The notes below the pieces were generated by a model that saw nothing but the letters and a program-made list of their open reading frames with translations, had not been told where the DNA came from and made no database searches. A stretch of DNA of 49,462 bases. Source: Sumerlaeia bacterium. GTDB lineage: Bacteria; Sumerlaeota; Sumerlaeia; SLMS01; JAHLLQ01. The stretch covers positions 1 through 49,462 of the forward strand of contig JAVJSW010000078.1 of the NCBI GenBank assembly GCA_040219255.1, read 5' to 3'. Shown in pieces: positions 1 to 8,461 of the stretch. Within the stretch, counting starts at the first letter, position 1, and the number at the start of each line of letters is the position of its first letter. Made by a program: the position numbers and the translations under genes.

Positions 1-1151
1 CGAAGGCGTGGATTGAAACGCGTATGCGCGCGGACATGACGCGGCTGGGCGAGATTCGCCTTCCTGCGAAGGCGTGGATTGAAACCAGGCCAGCACCATC
101 CGAGTCGAGGAAAAGAACGACATTCGCCTTCCTGCGAAGGCGTGGATTGAAACACGTGCGAGGCGAAGGGGCTGAGCATGGCGCAGCATTCGCCTTCCTG
201 CGAAGGCGTGGATTGAAACCGATTGATAAAGTTGCTCACAGTCGCAAAGCTGCGATTCGCCTTCCTGCGAAGGCGTGGATTGAAACTTGGCAAGCTCCGT
301 TTGGCTGCCAAGTGTTGAGATATTCGCCTTCCTGCGAAGGCGTGGATTGAAACGCGGGTGGGAGATCGGTTCGCTCTGGCGATGTTATTCGCCTTCCTGC
401 GAAGGCGTGGATTGAAACTTGCCCCGGAACGTTCGGAGCTTGGGGACGCCCCGGATTCGCCTTCCTGCGAAGGCGTGGATTGAAACTTTAGCCGCACCGC
501 ACCCAGCGGCACGAACGTCATTCGCCTTCCTGCGAAGGCGTGGATTGAAACTGTGCTTGCGAGCGCAAGCAACCCCTTCCTTCACTATTCACCTTCCTGC
601 GAAGGCGTGGATTGAAACACGGCCCTCTCCAATCATGGTAGCTTTTACCGGGATTCGCATTCCTGCGAAGGCGTGGATTGAAACAACTACATCAAGCCGG
701 AGTGGTGGGAGCTGTGCATTCGCCTTCCAGCGAAGGCGTGGATTGAAACTACGGCAACCCTCAGAAACTTGGCCCGACAGCGCTGATTCGCCTTCCTGCG
801 AAGGCGTGGATTGAAACTTTCGCAGAGCGTTCATCAGCACTTGCGTCATGTAATTCGCCTTCCTGCGAAGGCGTGGATTGAAACGACGAGAACCGGAACG
901 AGTTGTCGATGCTGGAGAAATTCGCCTTCCTGCGAAGGCGTGGATTGAAACAGGAACCGCACGTCGCCGATGTCGCCCGTCACGCCATTCGCCTTCCTGC
1001 GAAGGCGTGGATTGAAACAAGTCATCGGCCGACAGGCTGAAGCTGGGCAGGCATTCGCCTTCCTGCGAAGGCGTGGATTGAAACTCGCACGATGTCGAAG
1101 GTGTCGCCCGCGCCGCCCTATTCGCCTTCCTGCGAAGGCGGAGATTGAAAC
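1..1151 (+). CRISPR. CRISPR array, type I-C-like 32-bp repeat; 17 full repeats + 1 partial, 17 spacers of 33-36 bp; continues beyond the left edge
   Basis: Repeat ATTCGCCTTCCTGCGAAGGCGTGGATTGAAAC starts at 54,122,188,255,322,387,455,520,587,653,718,786,853,920,987,1053,1120 (partial 1-19). Hairpin CGCCTTC/GAAGGCG and 3' GTGGATTGAAAC end typical of I-C repeats. The last repeat is degenerate (GGCGGAGATT), consistent with the trailer end. Confidence 0.98.
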
Positions 1152-1160
1152 GATTCCGGG

Positions 1161-1412
1161 TCAGGTCCGGGGTACCGGAGCGATGCCGAGAGCGGCGAGA
1201 ATCGCCTCCATACCAAGCCCAACCCGGTCCAGCCAATCGTCTTTGGCCACCGCCAGGATGGTGCCCGTCAGATTCATGGTGTCGCCCTGGGTCGCGAGCG
1301 ACTCGCTCTCTTCGTAGGCCGCACGCCAAGTCTCGAAATCGAGGCGTCCCTGTATATCCAGCCCGACGATGCGGTTGCGGAGCGTCTGGACGGCTTTCTC
1401 ATGCGGCGTCAT
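1161..1412 (-). CDS. small hypothetical protein, distant paralog of 1628-1834 and 1929-2132
   Basis: ATG at 1412 with strong SD GAGGAGG; GRLDFETWRAAY aligns to GTLTKAEYRAAW of the neighbour. Confidence 0.6.
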   Translation of the reverse strand: MTPHEKAVQTLRNRIVGLDIQGRLDFETWRAAYEESESLATQGDTMNLTGTILAVAKDDWLDRVGLGMEAILAALGIAPVPRT

Positions 1413-1508
1413 CGGCGTGCTTCCTCCTCTCGCGGATCGAGCGATTGCCTCCCCCATAGGCGTTCGGGCATGTCCCCCGCAACTCAATTTCCTGACGCGA
1501 AGCACGCC

Positions 1509-1608
1509 TGTCACCGATCAAAATACCGTGACCCCCTGGTGGTCATAATTTTGACCCCCCTCAGTGTTCAAAAGCTTGACCCGTCTGTGATCAAAAGTGT
1601 GACCCCCC
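1509..1608 (+). mobile_element. transposon-end-like sequence (IS21/Mu/Tn7-type): TGT terminus followed by four spaced TCAAAA..TGACCC repeats
   Basis: TGTCACCG at 1509; repeats begin at 1518,1543,1568,1591 (period 23-25 bp). No transposase or matching opposite end seen in the window. Confidence 0.5.
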
Positions 1609-1627
1609 TTGGAGGCAACGGGGGCTT

Positions 1628-1834
1628 CTACTCCCCGTCCCGCCAGAACCGCTCGTCCACCGCCTGGAACAAAGACGACCTCCCCATCGTTTTTCGATCC
1701 GGGTCCAACTCCCGGATCGCCCGCCAGGCCGCCCGATACTCCGCTTTCGTCAACGTCCCCGCCTCGAACTTGTCCAGAATCTCGCGGACGATCACGCCCA
1801 CCTTCTCTGTCAACTCGCCCTTGCTGTCGTCCAT
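1628..1834 (-). CDS. small hypothetical protein (68 aa), tandem paralog
   Basis: Shares AGTLT..E...A....R.LDP...T.G.S.L.Q with 1929-2132; flanking DNA is also duplicated. Confidence 0.7.
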   Translation of the reverse strand: MDDSKGELTEKVGVIVREILDKFEAGTLTKAEYRAAWRAIRELDPDRKTMGRSSLFQAVDERFWRDGE

Positions 1835-1928
1835 TGCCTGCCGCCAAAGAGAGAATGTCGCTTGCCATCATGTGTTACCGAAGTCTTCGGATCGTACACC
1901 GCCAATCACCCCCGGCCATGGGGAGCTT

Positions 1929-2132
1929 CTACCCCTCATCGTCCTCGAAATACCCGCTCACCCCCAACTGCATCAGTGCTGACTGCCCCAGCGTCGTGTT
2001 GCCCGGGTCCAGCCTCCGCACTTCCGCCAGCGCCGCGTCGAACTCTTCCCGCGTCAGCGTCCCCGCCGCACGCCTCGCTCCCACCCTCTGGGTGATCTTC
2101 TGAACCTCTTCCACCAGCTTAGGATCGCGCAT
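1929..2132 (-). CDS. small hypothetical protein (67 aa), tandem paralog
   Basis: Paralog of 1628-1834 (AGTLT...LDP motif). Confidence 0.7.
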   Translation of the reverse strand: MRDPKLVEEVQKITQRVGARRAAGTLTREEFDAALAEVRRLDPGNTTLGQSALMQLGVSGYFEDDEG

Positions 2133-2334
2133 AGCTCTGACTCATCGAAAGGATGTCGCTTACCATCATGTAGGCCCTCGGATACTTTTCAGCCAACAAC
2201 TGCCTCCAGTACCGCCGCAACGCCAGAGATTCATAGAAGGACTCCTGTGCCGCTTCCATTGGGGGATTGAGCGTTTTTTTTCTATCGGCTCCTGATTTTT
2301 TTGCTTCACCTTCCCCGTCTAGGCCCCCTTGAGC

Positions 2335-2481
2335 TTAGCCTCCGAGGTGAATGAGAGATGTGGCGGGCCCATCGGGGTCGCTGAGTTCTGCGGAGTCGTT
2401 CTCACGGACCTCGAAGGTCTTCTCGCCGCGGGCGAGCGGGCTGTAGTAGGCGGGCCAGGTCTTGAGTTCGTGCACCTTCAT
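2335..2481 (-). pseudogene. truncated DUF3850/ASCH-domain gene
   Basis: My translation MKVHELKTWPAYYSPLARGEKTFEVREND matches the DUF3850 N-terminal pattern (HELK.WP.Y.....G.KTFE.R.ND), then runs into unrelated sequence after 2395. ATGA overlap with the DUF5131 stop. Confidence 0.7.
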
Positions 2482-3425
2482 GACGCCGCCTCGCGTTCCG
2501 CCGCGGGGCTGATGGGGAATTGATCCCAGGCCTTGAAGTCGAGCAGGCGGCCCGCGCGCTTTTTGCCGACGCGGCGGATCCCGAGCGAGTCGGGGTCAGC
2601 GATAGACCGAAGCTGTGCCTCGGTCGGCGCGGGGCCGTCCATTCCCTCCGCGAGAACGAGCTCCCCGGCATCAGACAGGTAGTGAGTCGCGTGGGTCGCG
2701 GGCGACCACTCGCCCCACTGTTTCAGGAGAAACGGCACCCCCGCCGCCACGCATTGGTCGCGGAGACTCCGCGCCCATCCCGGGTGCATCGGCCGCGCGG
2801 CGGGGCCGGACTCACCCCCGACGATGACCCAGTCGATGCCGTCGAGCCAGGGCCGCAAATCCACCGGCCCGAGCAGCGGCTCGCACGACAGAAACCGCAG
2901 CGCCGCCGGGGCTTTCAGCAGGGCCGGGACGCGCGTGTCGGCCGCAGCCTGATCCTCCACTGACGTGCCCAGCCAGACGTTGGCGGGCGGATTGGCGTCG
3001 TATTGCCAATCGACCTCCATTTCCTCCTGCGGACCAGATACCCCAGTGTCTATCAGCGAGCGGACGCACTCTGGCCGCTTGGTCAACAGCATCCAGTCCA
3101 AATGCGGCGTGCGCCGGATCAGATCAAAGAGGTCCGCCCTCCAATAATCCAACTCCCGCCGGTCCTCGAAAACGTCAGCGAGCGACGCGCAAAACACCCG
3201 CTCGCGCACGCCTTCCGCCGCGGCCCTCTTGTTCCAAGCAATCGGCTTGCGCCAGTAGGAGGCGGAGGTACGGACGCGCTCGCCCGACGGCCCCCACTTC
3301 ACGCGGCCGTAGCGGTGATCCATGTCCCGCTCGGCGTAGCAGTTGGCGCAGCCGGCGGAGACTTTTTCGCACCCCATCCAAGGATTGAACGTGTGATCGG
3401 TCCATTCAATTCCGGTGTTTTCCAT
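2478..3425 (-). CDS. phage Gp37/Gp68 (DUF5131) family protein
   Basis: IEWTDHTFNPWMGCEKVSAGCANCYAE; LLTKRPE; NVWLGTSVEDQ; RFLSCEPLLGP; WVIVGGESG; FLLKQWG. Start reassigned to 3425 (TGATG overlap). Confidence 0.95.
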   Translation of the reverse strand: MENTGIEWTDHTFNPWMGCEKVSAGCANCYAERDMDHRYGRVKWGPSGERVRTSASYWRKPIAWNKRAAAEGVRERVFCASLADVFEDRRELDYWRADLFDLIRRTPHLDWMLLTKRPECVRSLIDTGVSGPQEEMEVDWQYDANPPANVWLGTSVEDQAAADTRVPALLKAPAALRFLSCEPLLGPVDLRPWLDGIDWVIVGGESGPAARPMHPGWARSLRDQCVAAGVPFLLKQWGEWSPATHATHYLSDAGELVLAEGMDGPAPTEAQLRSIADPDSLGIRRVGKKRAGRLLDFKAWDQFPISPAAEREAAS

Positions 3426-3637
3426 CAGCCCCGCCCTCCCCGTTTCCGGTTGGCCTTGCGGGCCTTGGCGGCGGCTTTGTTGCGCCGGCGGCGCTGGGCG
3501 GTTTTCCCGCTCTTGCGCTTCGCCCGCTGGGGGGCGCGGTGGTCGCGCGGGGTGTCGTAGAGAGCGGCGCTGGTGTCGAGGGCGTTGCCCCCGGCGAGCA
3601 TCAGCGTCATCGCGTTGAACAGAGCTGCGTTTTTCAT
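3425..3637 (-). CDS. small basic hypothetical protein
   Basis: MKNAALFNAM... with Lys/Arg-rich C-terminus; stop overlaps the next start; preceded by the leader motif. Confidence 0.55.
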   Translation of the reverse strand: MKNAALFNAMTLMLAGGNALDTSAALYDTPRDHRAPQRAKRKSGKTAQRRRRNKAAAKARKANRKRGGRG

Positions 3638-3703
3638 AGCGTGGCAACTTTCGGGCATCCCGCTTCGCGGGCGCCGGTGGTGGTGTTTCGGGTGGCTGGG
3701 CGG

Positions 3704-4030
3704 TTAGGGGACGGCGACGACTTTGACCTCGCCGCGGTTGATCGTGAGGCGGTCCATCTTACCGCCGCCGATGTCTTCCTCGACGGTGGCCGAGAGCTCG
3801 GCCTTGAGCACGATGCGGTGGGCGATGCCCCGTCCGAGCAGGTAGAAGGCGATGAGACGGCTGCGGTCTTTCTTCTTGGTATCCGCGGCCCAAAGGTCGC
3901 CATCACGACCCGCCTTGGCGAGGTCGTGGCCTTCGAGCGAATAGTCGGCGTCGACCTCGACGCAGGTGAAGTCGTCCGCGCCTTCCTCGATGTCCTGAAT
4001 GGCAATGAGCTTGGTTTCTTTCGTGGCCAT
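3704..4030 (-). CDS. hypothetical protein
   Basis: 108-aa ORF with GC3-biased codons and SD-like AAGGGGG. Confidence 0.7.
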   Translation of the reverse strand: MATKETKLIAIQDIEEGADDFTCVEVDADYSLEGHDLAKAGRDGDLWAADTKKKDRSRLIAFYLLGRGIAHRIVLKAELSATVEEDIGGGKMDRLTINRGEVKVVAVP

Positions 4031-4110
4031 GATGGCCCCCTTTTTATCGGTCTACCGCAGCGAGCCGCGGTGTGTCCGATGTACCCGGGTGGGCCGGGGG
4101 TCTTGGGGCC

Positions 4111-5337
4111 TTACGAAAGGGCGGTGGTCACGAGTTCCGGGGTGAGGACCTTGTTGAGCTCCTCGCGCTCGAAGTCCGAGGCGGCCGCTTCGGCGCGGTG
4201 CCACTTGGTGCCGCTCCACCCGCAAAGGTCGCCGGCCATGCGTTCGAGCTGGGCCCCGCTTCCCGACTTCTCGTGGCGGGCGCTGCGGGTCAGCCCCTGG
4301 ATCAGGCCGAAGGCGGTCTCGTCGCGGCCTTCCTCGAGCCACCCTTCGACCCAGGCGCGCCGTTCGGCCTGGGTGAGGCGCAGGCGGGCGGAGGCGACAA
4401 CGCGCAGGGCGTCGATTTTCGAGGTGAGGCGGATTTCCTTCGAGCGCAGCATCACGTCGATGCAGCGGGTGGTGAGCGGGATGGAGGCCCGGATCAGGGC
4501 GTCCATAGCCGTCGCCAGCTCGTCGAGCTTGAGGTTGCCCGTGTGAAACCGGCGGATCAACTCGCCGCCCTTGGCCTCGCCCCAAATGCAGCCGTTCTGG
4601 CAGATGGCGCGGAAAACGGCCGGCTGGATCTGGATTTTCGACTCGCCGACCTCGCTGTTGGCGAAGTGAACCCCGCCGCCGTAGTCGCTGTCCTGCTCTT
4701 CGCGAATTGAGTCGGGGATCAGGATCATCCCGGAAATCGAATCGCCGTCGGCGCGCAGGTGGGAGACGCGGGAGCCGGGCATCAGCTTCCCGAGGGTTTC
4801 GACGACCCAGTCGTTGTCGACCGCCTGGAACCGGTCGGAGAAGACCGCGCGGCACTCGGCGCCGCGCAGGCGAAGGAGGAACGGCGAGGTGCGGTCCGAG
4901 GCGTGGCGGGCCAGGCCGCGGTTGAGAAGGCGGGCGAAGATTTCCCGGCTTTCCTCGTCACCCGCGAACCAGAGGTCGTGGACCGTGCCCCGGGCGACCT
5001 TGAGCCAGGTGGCGATCATGTCGAGGCCGCGCTCGGTGAATCCGATCGGTTCGTCGAAATCGGGCACGCGGAGCTTGCCGCCTTCGTGGTCAAAGGTCAT
5101 CGCGGAGGGCATCGCCTGGATGTCGGTGCATTCCTCGGCGAGTTGGGCGGTGGCCTCGGCGACCTCTTGAATCGGGGTCGTGCCGTTCTCGATCCAGCGG
5201 GCGGAGACGTTGCTGAAGTCGCGGTCCATTTCCTGGGTGTTATGAACGAAGTCCCCGCTGCGGCGGGCGGTGCCGGCATCGCGGGCGGCGGCTTGCTGGG
5301 CCAGGGTGGGCGTGGTGGTCGGCGTGGTGTTTTCCAT
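4111..5337 (-). CDS. DUF932/DUF945-like phage/plasmid protein
   Basis: RAVFSDRF..VDN; FANSEVG; FRAICQNG motifs; start 5337 after SD AAGGGAG. Confidence 0.7.
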   Translation of the reverse strand: MENTTPTTTPTLAQQAAARDAGTARRSGDFVHNTQEMDRDFSNVSARWIENGTTPIQEVAEATAQLAEECTDIQAMPSAMTFDHEGGKLRVPDFDEPIGFTERGLDMIATWLKVARGTVHDLWFAGDEESREIFARLLNRGLARHASDRTSPFLLRLRGAECRAVFSDRFQAVDNDWVVETLGKLMPGSRVSHLRADGDSISGMILIPDSIREEQDSDYGGGVHFANSEVGESKIQIQPAVFRAICQNGCIWGEAKGGELIRRFHTGNLKLDELATAMDALIRASIPLTTRCIDVMLRSKEIRLTSKIDALRVVASARLRLTQAERRAWVEGWLEEGRDETAFGLIQGLTRSARHEKSGSGAQLERMAGDLCGWSGTKWHRAEAAASDFEREELNKVLTPELVTTALS

Positions 5338-5401
5338 GGGAATCTCCCTTTTCGGTGGTGGTGGTGTTTCGGCCGGGCGGGTCTCCCGCCGCGGTAAAGG
5401 A

Positions 5402-5460
5402 AGGTTGGGCGCGCTCGCCCCGCTGAAGCAAGCCATTTATTATGAAAAAATTAGGATACT
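5402..5460 (-). promoter_or_regulatory. putative early promoter (AT-rich UP element, -35 TTGCTT, -10 CAACCT)
   Basis: Same architecture at 9435, 27958 and 30588. Confidence 0.5.
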
Positions 5461-5553
5461 TCTTGAGTGGCGAGGCGGCGGGCAGAGGAGGCGCCGCCGC
5501 AGGGTAAATGGGGCGGGGGCATGTCCCCTTCAAACGTACCCGAAGGACGCCCG

Positions 5554-6660
5554 ATGCTTTCTCAGACAAAACTCATCCTGCCCGACCACGACCCCTCCGA
5601 AGCCAACCACAACGAATGGCCTTACAACGGCACGGCGCGAACCGCGGAGGCCGGCGGCTCGGCCTTCCTGATCGAGGTCGACGTGCCCGGTAGCGACGGC
5701 CTGAGCCTTGGCGCCACGGCCGGCCATATCCCCGCGCGCGAGGGCGACAAGCTGCACTTTCCGGGATATGGTGCCGGGAAGGTGATCGCCTCCCTTCCTC
5801 ACCCGGGCTACGCGGGGGCGGGGAAAGGCGACTTTGGCGACGACGTTCGCCTGCTCTGGATCGACTGGCTGATGCCAAACGACGCGCCCCCGCCGCTCGC
5901 GACGAAGCCGGCGGGCAAGCCCCGGCTCCTGGTGGCCGGATTTCCGGCCTACGCCCAGCGGCGGGGCGAGCCCGCCAGGGTAATGGCAACCACCGCCAAG
6001 GGGCGCGACATCGGCGAGGAGCTCGAAGCGCCCCAGCCCGATTCCCGCTTGCAGGTTTCCCATGGAAACAGCGGCTCCGCGGCGTGGCGGGTCACGGAAG
6101 ACGTGCCGCGGGGGCTCGAGCTGGCTGGGTCGCTTTCCTCCATGAAGACGGACGACCGATGGTGGGCGGTCGACTTCACTGAGCCCGAGGTGCAGCGCTG
6201 GATTGCCGAGGTGAGGGCCAATCCCCCGGCCGTGGCGGACCCGAGCTTCGTGTTGGCCGACACCGTGAAATGGACCACCCCGCGCCATTGGCACCTCGTC
6301 ACGCACCGCGAGGGCTACAAGGGGTGGTACAGCGAGGCGGAAGGAGGGCGGCGGCTCGTGATCGAATCGACCGGCGGCGAGGGCTGGGGGGCGTCGTGGG
6401 AAACGCGCGTGCCACAGGAGACCGGCCCGGGGGTCTACGCGCTGGGCGTTCGAGCCGTGTGCGGCCACCGGGCATGGCGGGCTCGGGTCTGGCGGGAGGA
6501 TTTTTCGGAGGTCTGGTCGGTGGTCGGAGCTCCGGGCGACTCGGTCGAGCTCTATTTCCCCGGGGGCGGGCGCCGCATGATCGGCCTGGACGTCTGGACG
6601 GGCGGCGGCGGCCCGGAAAATTCGAGGGTGACGCAGTTCGAGTTGAAGCTGCTTCGGTAG
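5554..6660 (+). CDS. trypsin-like serine protease with C-terminal beta-rich domain
   Basis: Triad motifs ATAGH, DDVRLL, HGNSGS; SD GAAGGA before ATG 5554; the only clear + strand gene. Confidence 0.75.
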   Translation: MLSQTKLILPDHDPSEANHNEWPYNGTARTAEAGGSAFLIEVDVPGSDGLSLGATAGHIPAREGDKLHFPGYGAGKVIASLPHPGYAGAGKGDFGDDVRLLWIDWLMPNDAPPPLATKPAGKPRLLVAGFPAYAQRRGEPARVMATTAKGRDIGEELEAPQPDSRLQVSHGNSGSAAWRVTEDVPRGLELAGSLSSMKTDDRWWAVDFTEPEVQRWIAEVRANPPAVADPSFVLADTVKWTTPRHWHLVTHREGYKGWYSEAEGGRRLVIESTGGEGWGASWETRVPQETGPGVYALGVRAVCGHRAWRARVWREDFSEVWSVVGAPGDSVELYFPGGGRRMIGLDVWTGGGGPENSRVTQFELKLLR

Positions 6661-6674
6661 CGGAGGTGCGAGGG

Positions 6675-7430
6675 CTACGCGAAGTTGCCCCACCGGCCGC
6701 CCCAAAGCCTGCTCCCGGCGGGCGGGCGGCGGGCCGCCGTGTAGCTCCAGGCAAGGCATCGCTCGCCCGTTGTATCGTCAAAGGCGGGGACCAGGACGCG
6801 TTCGTAGTGGTTCCGGCCGCGGCCGACCGGGTCGATGAAGCCCTCCAGCCGGTCGAGCGCCGCCATCGCCTGCTCGGGGTCGGCCAGGGTGAAGAGGTAG
6901 CCGTGGACGACTTCCCCGCGGCGCTCCGGCCGCTCGGCCTCGTCGGCGGCCCCAAGGGGCAGGCATTCCGGCAGCCAGAGGTCAACCGCGGCGTTGCCCG
7001 GCGTGCCGGTCGCCAGCCAGGTTGACGGAGGAAGGCAGGCGTAGGGAAATCCGGGGCCGTCGTAGAGCTCGCCTTGGACAACCGCCTCGCGCCAATCCGT
7101 CAGGTGCCGCCGCACGATCTGAAAATTCCAGTAGCCGGGTTTCAGGGAGCCGTAAACGAAAACGCGGATCACGTCCGGCGGCGAGCAGCCCTCGGCGATG
7201 CAAAGGCGGGCGGCGAGGTGCGCTTCGGCGACACGCTTGCAGGCGAGCAGCGCGCGCTTTTCGGCGCCTCCGTCGTGGGGCAGGCGGAAGAGGGGCTCGC
7301 CGTCGCCCGCCATTTCGACGCGCCAGCCGCTTCCGTCCCGGCCGATGCGGGCGGTCAGCCCGTCCAGAGCGAGGAGGTACTCGTCGGAGGCGACGCGGCT
7401 GATGGAGGGGGTGAGAGAGGAGATGGTCAT
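6675..7430 (-). CDS. gamma-glutamylcyclotransferase (GGACT/AIG2-like) with N-terminal extension
   Basis: VFVYGSLKPG..N; VHGYLF; LDRLEGF; YER motifs. Confidence 0.9.
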   Translation of the reverse strand: MTISSLTPSISRVASDEYLLALDGLTARIGRDGSGWRVEMAGDGEPLFRLPHDGGAEKRALLACKRVAEAHLAARLCIAEGCSPPDVIRVFVYGSLKPGYWNFQIVRRHLTDWREAVVQGELYDGPGFPYACLPPSTWLATGTPGNAAVDLWLPECLPLGAADEAERPERRGEVVHGYLFTLADPEQAMAALDRLEGFIDPVGRGRNHYERVLVPAFDDTTGERCLAWSYTAARRPPAGSRLWGGRWGNFA

Positions 7431-7462
7431 GGGGCGGCCTTTCTGCCGGGGAATGGGTGGGG

Positions 7463-8338
7463 TCAGGAGGTCAGGGCGAATTCGTCGATGCCGTCGGCGA
7501 AGAGGTCGAGGCCGGCTTGCGCGAAGCGGCGCTTGCGGGCGCTGGCCGCGGCCTTGGCCGGCTTTGCCTTTGGTGCCTTGCGGATGAATGTGATGGGGAA
7601 AGCCTCGGGGTTTTCGAGGGCGTCTCTCGAGAAAACGTACCCGGTCATGCTCGGCAGCGCGAAGGGCTCCCAACCGCCACCGGTGGCGTCCGAGGCGGCG
7701 TCGATGGAGCAACTCGTCGAGGCGTAGAGAAAGGCGCCGAGGCGGCGGTTGTAGGCGGCCACGAGGGGCTTGTTGCCGTGGAGGAGAAGGAGGTGGCCGG
7801 GCGACTCCTTCGAAACGAACGCGGCGGAAAGCTGGCCGCTCATCGGCGCCAGGAGGGTCGTGAGGAGGCCGGCGTCCGGGCGTTCGCCCGTCCAGGAGCG
7901 CTCGACCACCCGGCCGAGGATCTCGCTGTCGACGTCCGCGTAGCGGCGCAAGCGGTAGAGCCTGAACAGCCGGTCGGCGTTGTAGATCGTGCCATTGTGG
8001 GTGGCGATGATCGGTCCGCAGCGGAAGGGGTGGTTGTTGCGCGGGTCTTCCGGCTTGCCTCGGGTCGCCCATCGGGCGTGTCCAAGGAGCGCGGCGGTGC
8101 GGCCCGTGATCTTGCTCAGGACCGAGGTGGCTCCCCCGTTGTGGAAAAAGAGCGAGGCGTTGGTGGCCTCCTTCGCGATCTGGTGGCGCCCGTCGGCCTG
8201 CAACCCGGCGACGCCTGTCGCGTGGGGTCCGCGAGGCTCCTGGGTAAGAACGGCCGCCGCGAAGGCCCGCATCAGGTCCTCGCGCTGCGAGGCGTTGCGC
8301 CGCTTGGGGGAAAGGAAAATTCCGGTTTGTCCGCACAT
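7463..8338 (-). CDS. class II glutamine amidotransferase
   Basis: N-terminal MCG; RGPHATG; GHARWAT; NNHPF; HNGTI; DVDSE. Confidence 0.92.
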   Translation of the reverse strand: MCGQTGIFLSPKRRNASQREDLMRAFAAAVLTQEPRGPHATGVAGLQADGRHQIAKEATNASLFFHNGGATSVLSKITGRTAALLGHARWATRGKPEDPRNNHPFRCGPIIATHNGTIYNADRLFRLYRLRRYADVDSEILGRVVERSWTGERPDAGLLTTLLAPMSGQLSAAFVSKESPGHLLLLHGNKPLVAAYNRRLGAFLYASTSCSIDAASDATGGGWEPFALPSMTGYVFSRDALENPEAFPITFIRKAPKAKPAKAAASARKRRFAQAGLDLFADGIDEFALTS

Positions 8339-8461
8339 CGTCGTGTTGCGCCCTTCGTTTGGTGCTGCCCTGCGCTTGGTTGGGTATCCGGCGCCGCCGC
8401 GGGGAGGCGGCAGGGTCTAAGCGCCGTCGGTGGGTGGGGCGGTAGGCCCGGCGGGGGAGGG

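Noticed and set aside
287-586. Palindromic spacers (TTGGCA..TGCCAA at 287; TGCTTGCG..CGCAAGCA at 554)
   Set aside because: Likely derived from hairpin-containing protospacers; no evidence of function.
20-1119. Self-targeting of the phage region by spacers
   Set aside because: No full-length match noticed by eye; needs BLAST and is not excluded.
24-1329. ORFs across the CRISPR array (24-350, 419-814, 589-1329 etc.)
   Set aside because: They are translations of repeats and spacers (recurrent IRLPAKAWIET, FQSTPSQEGE).
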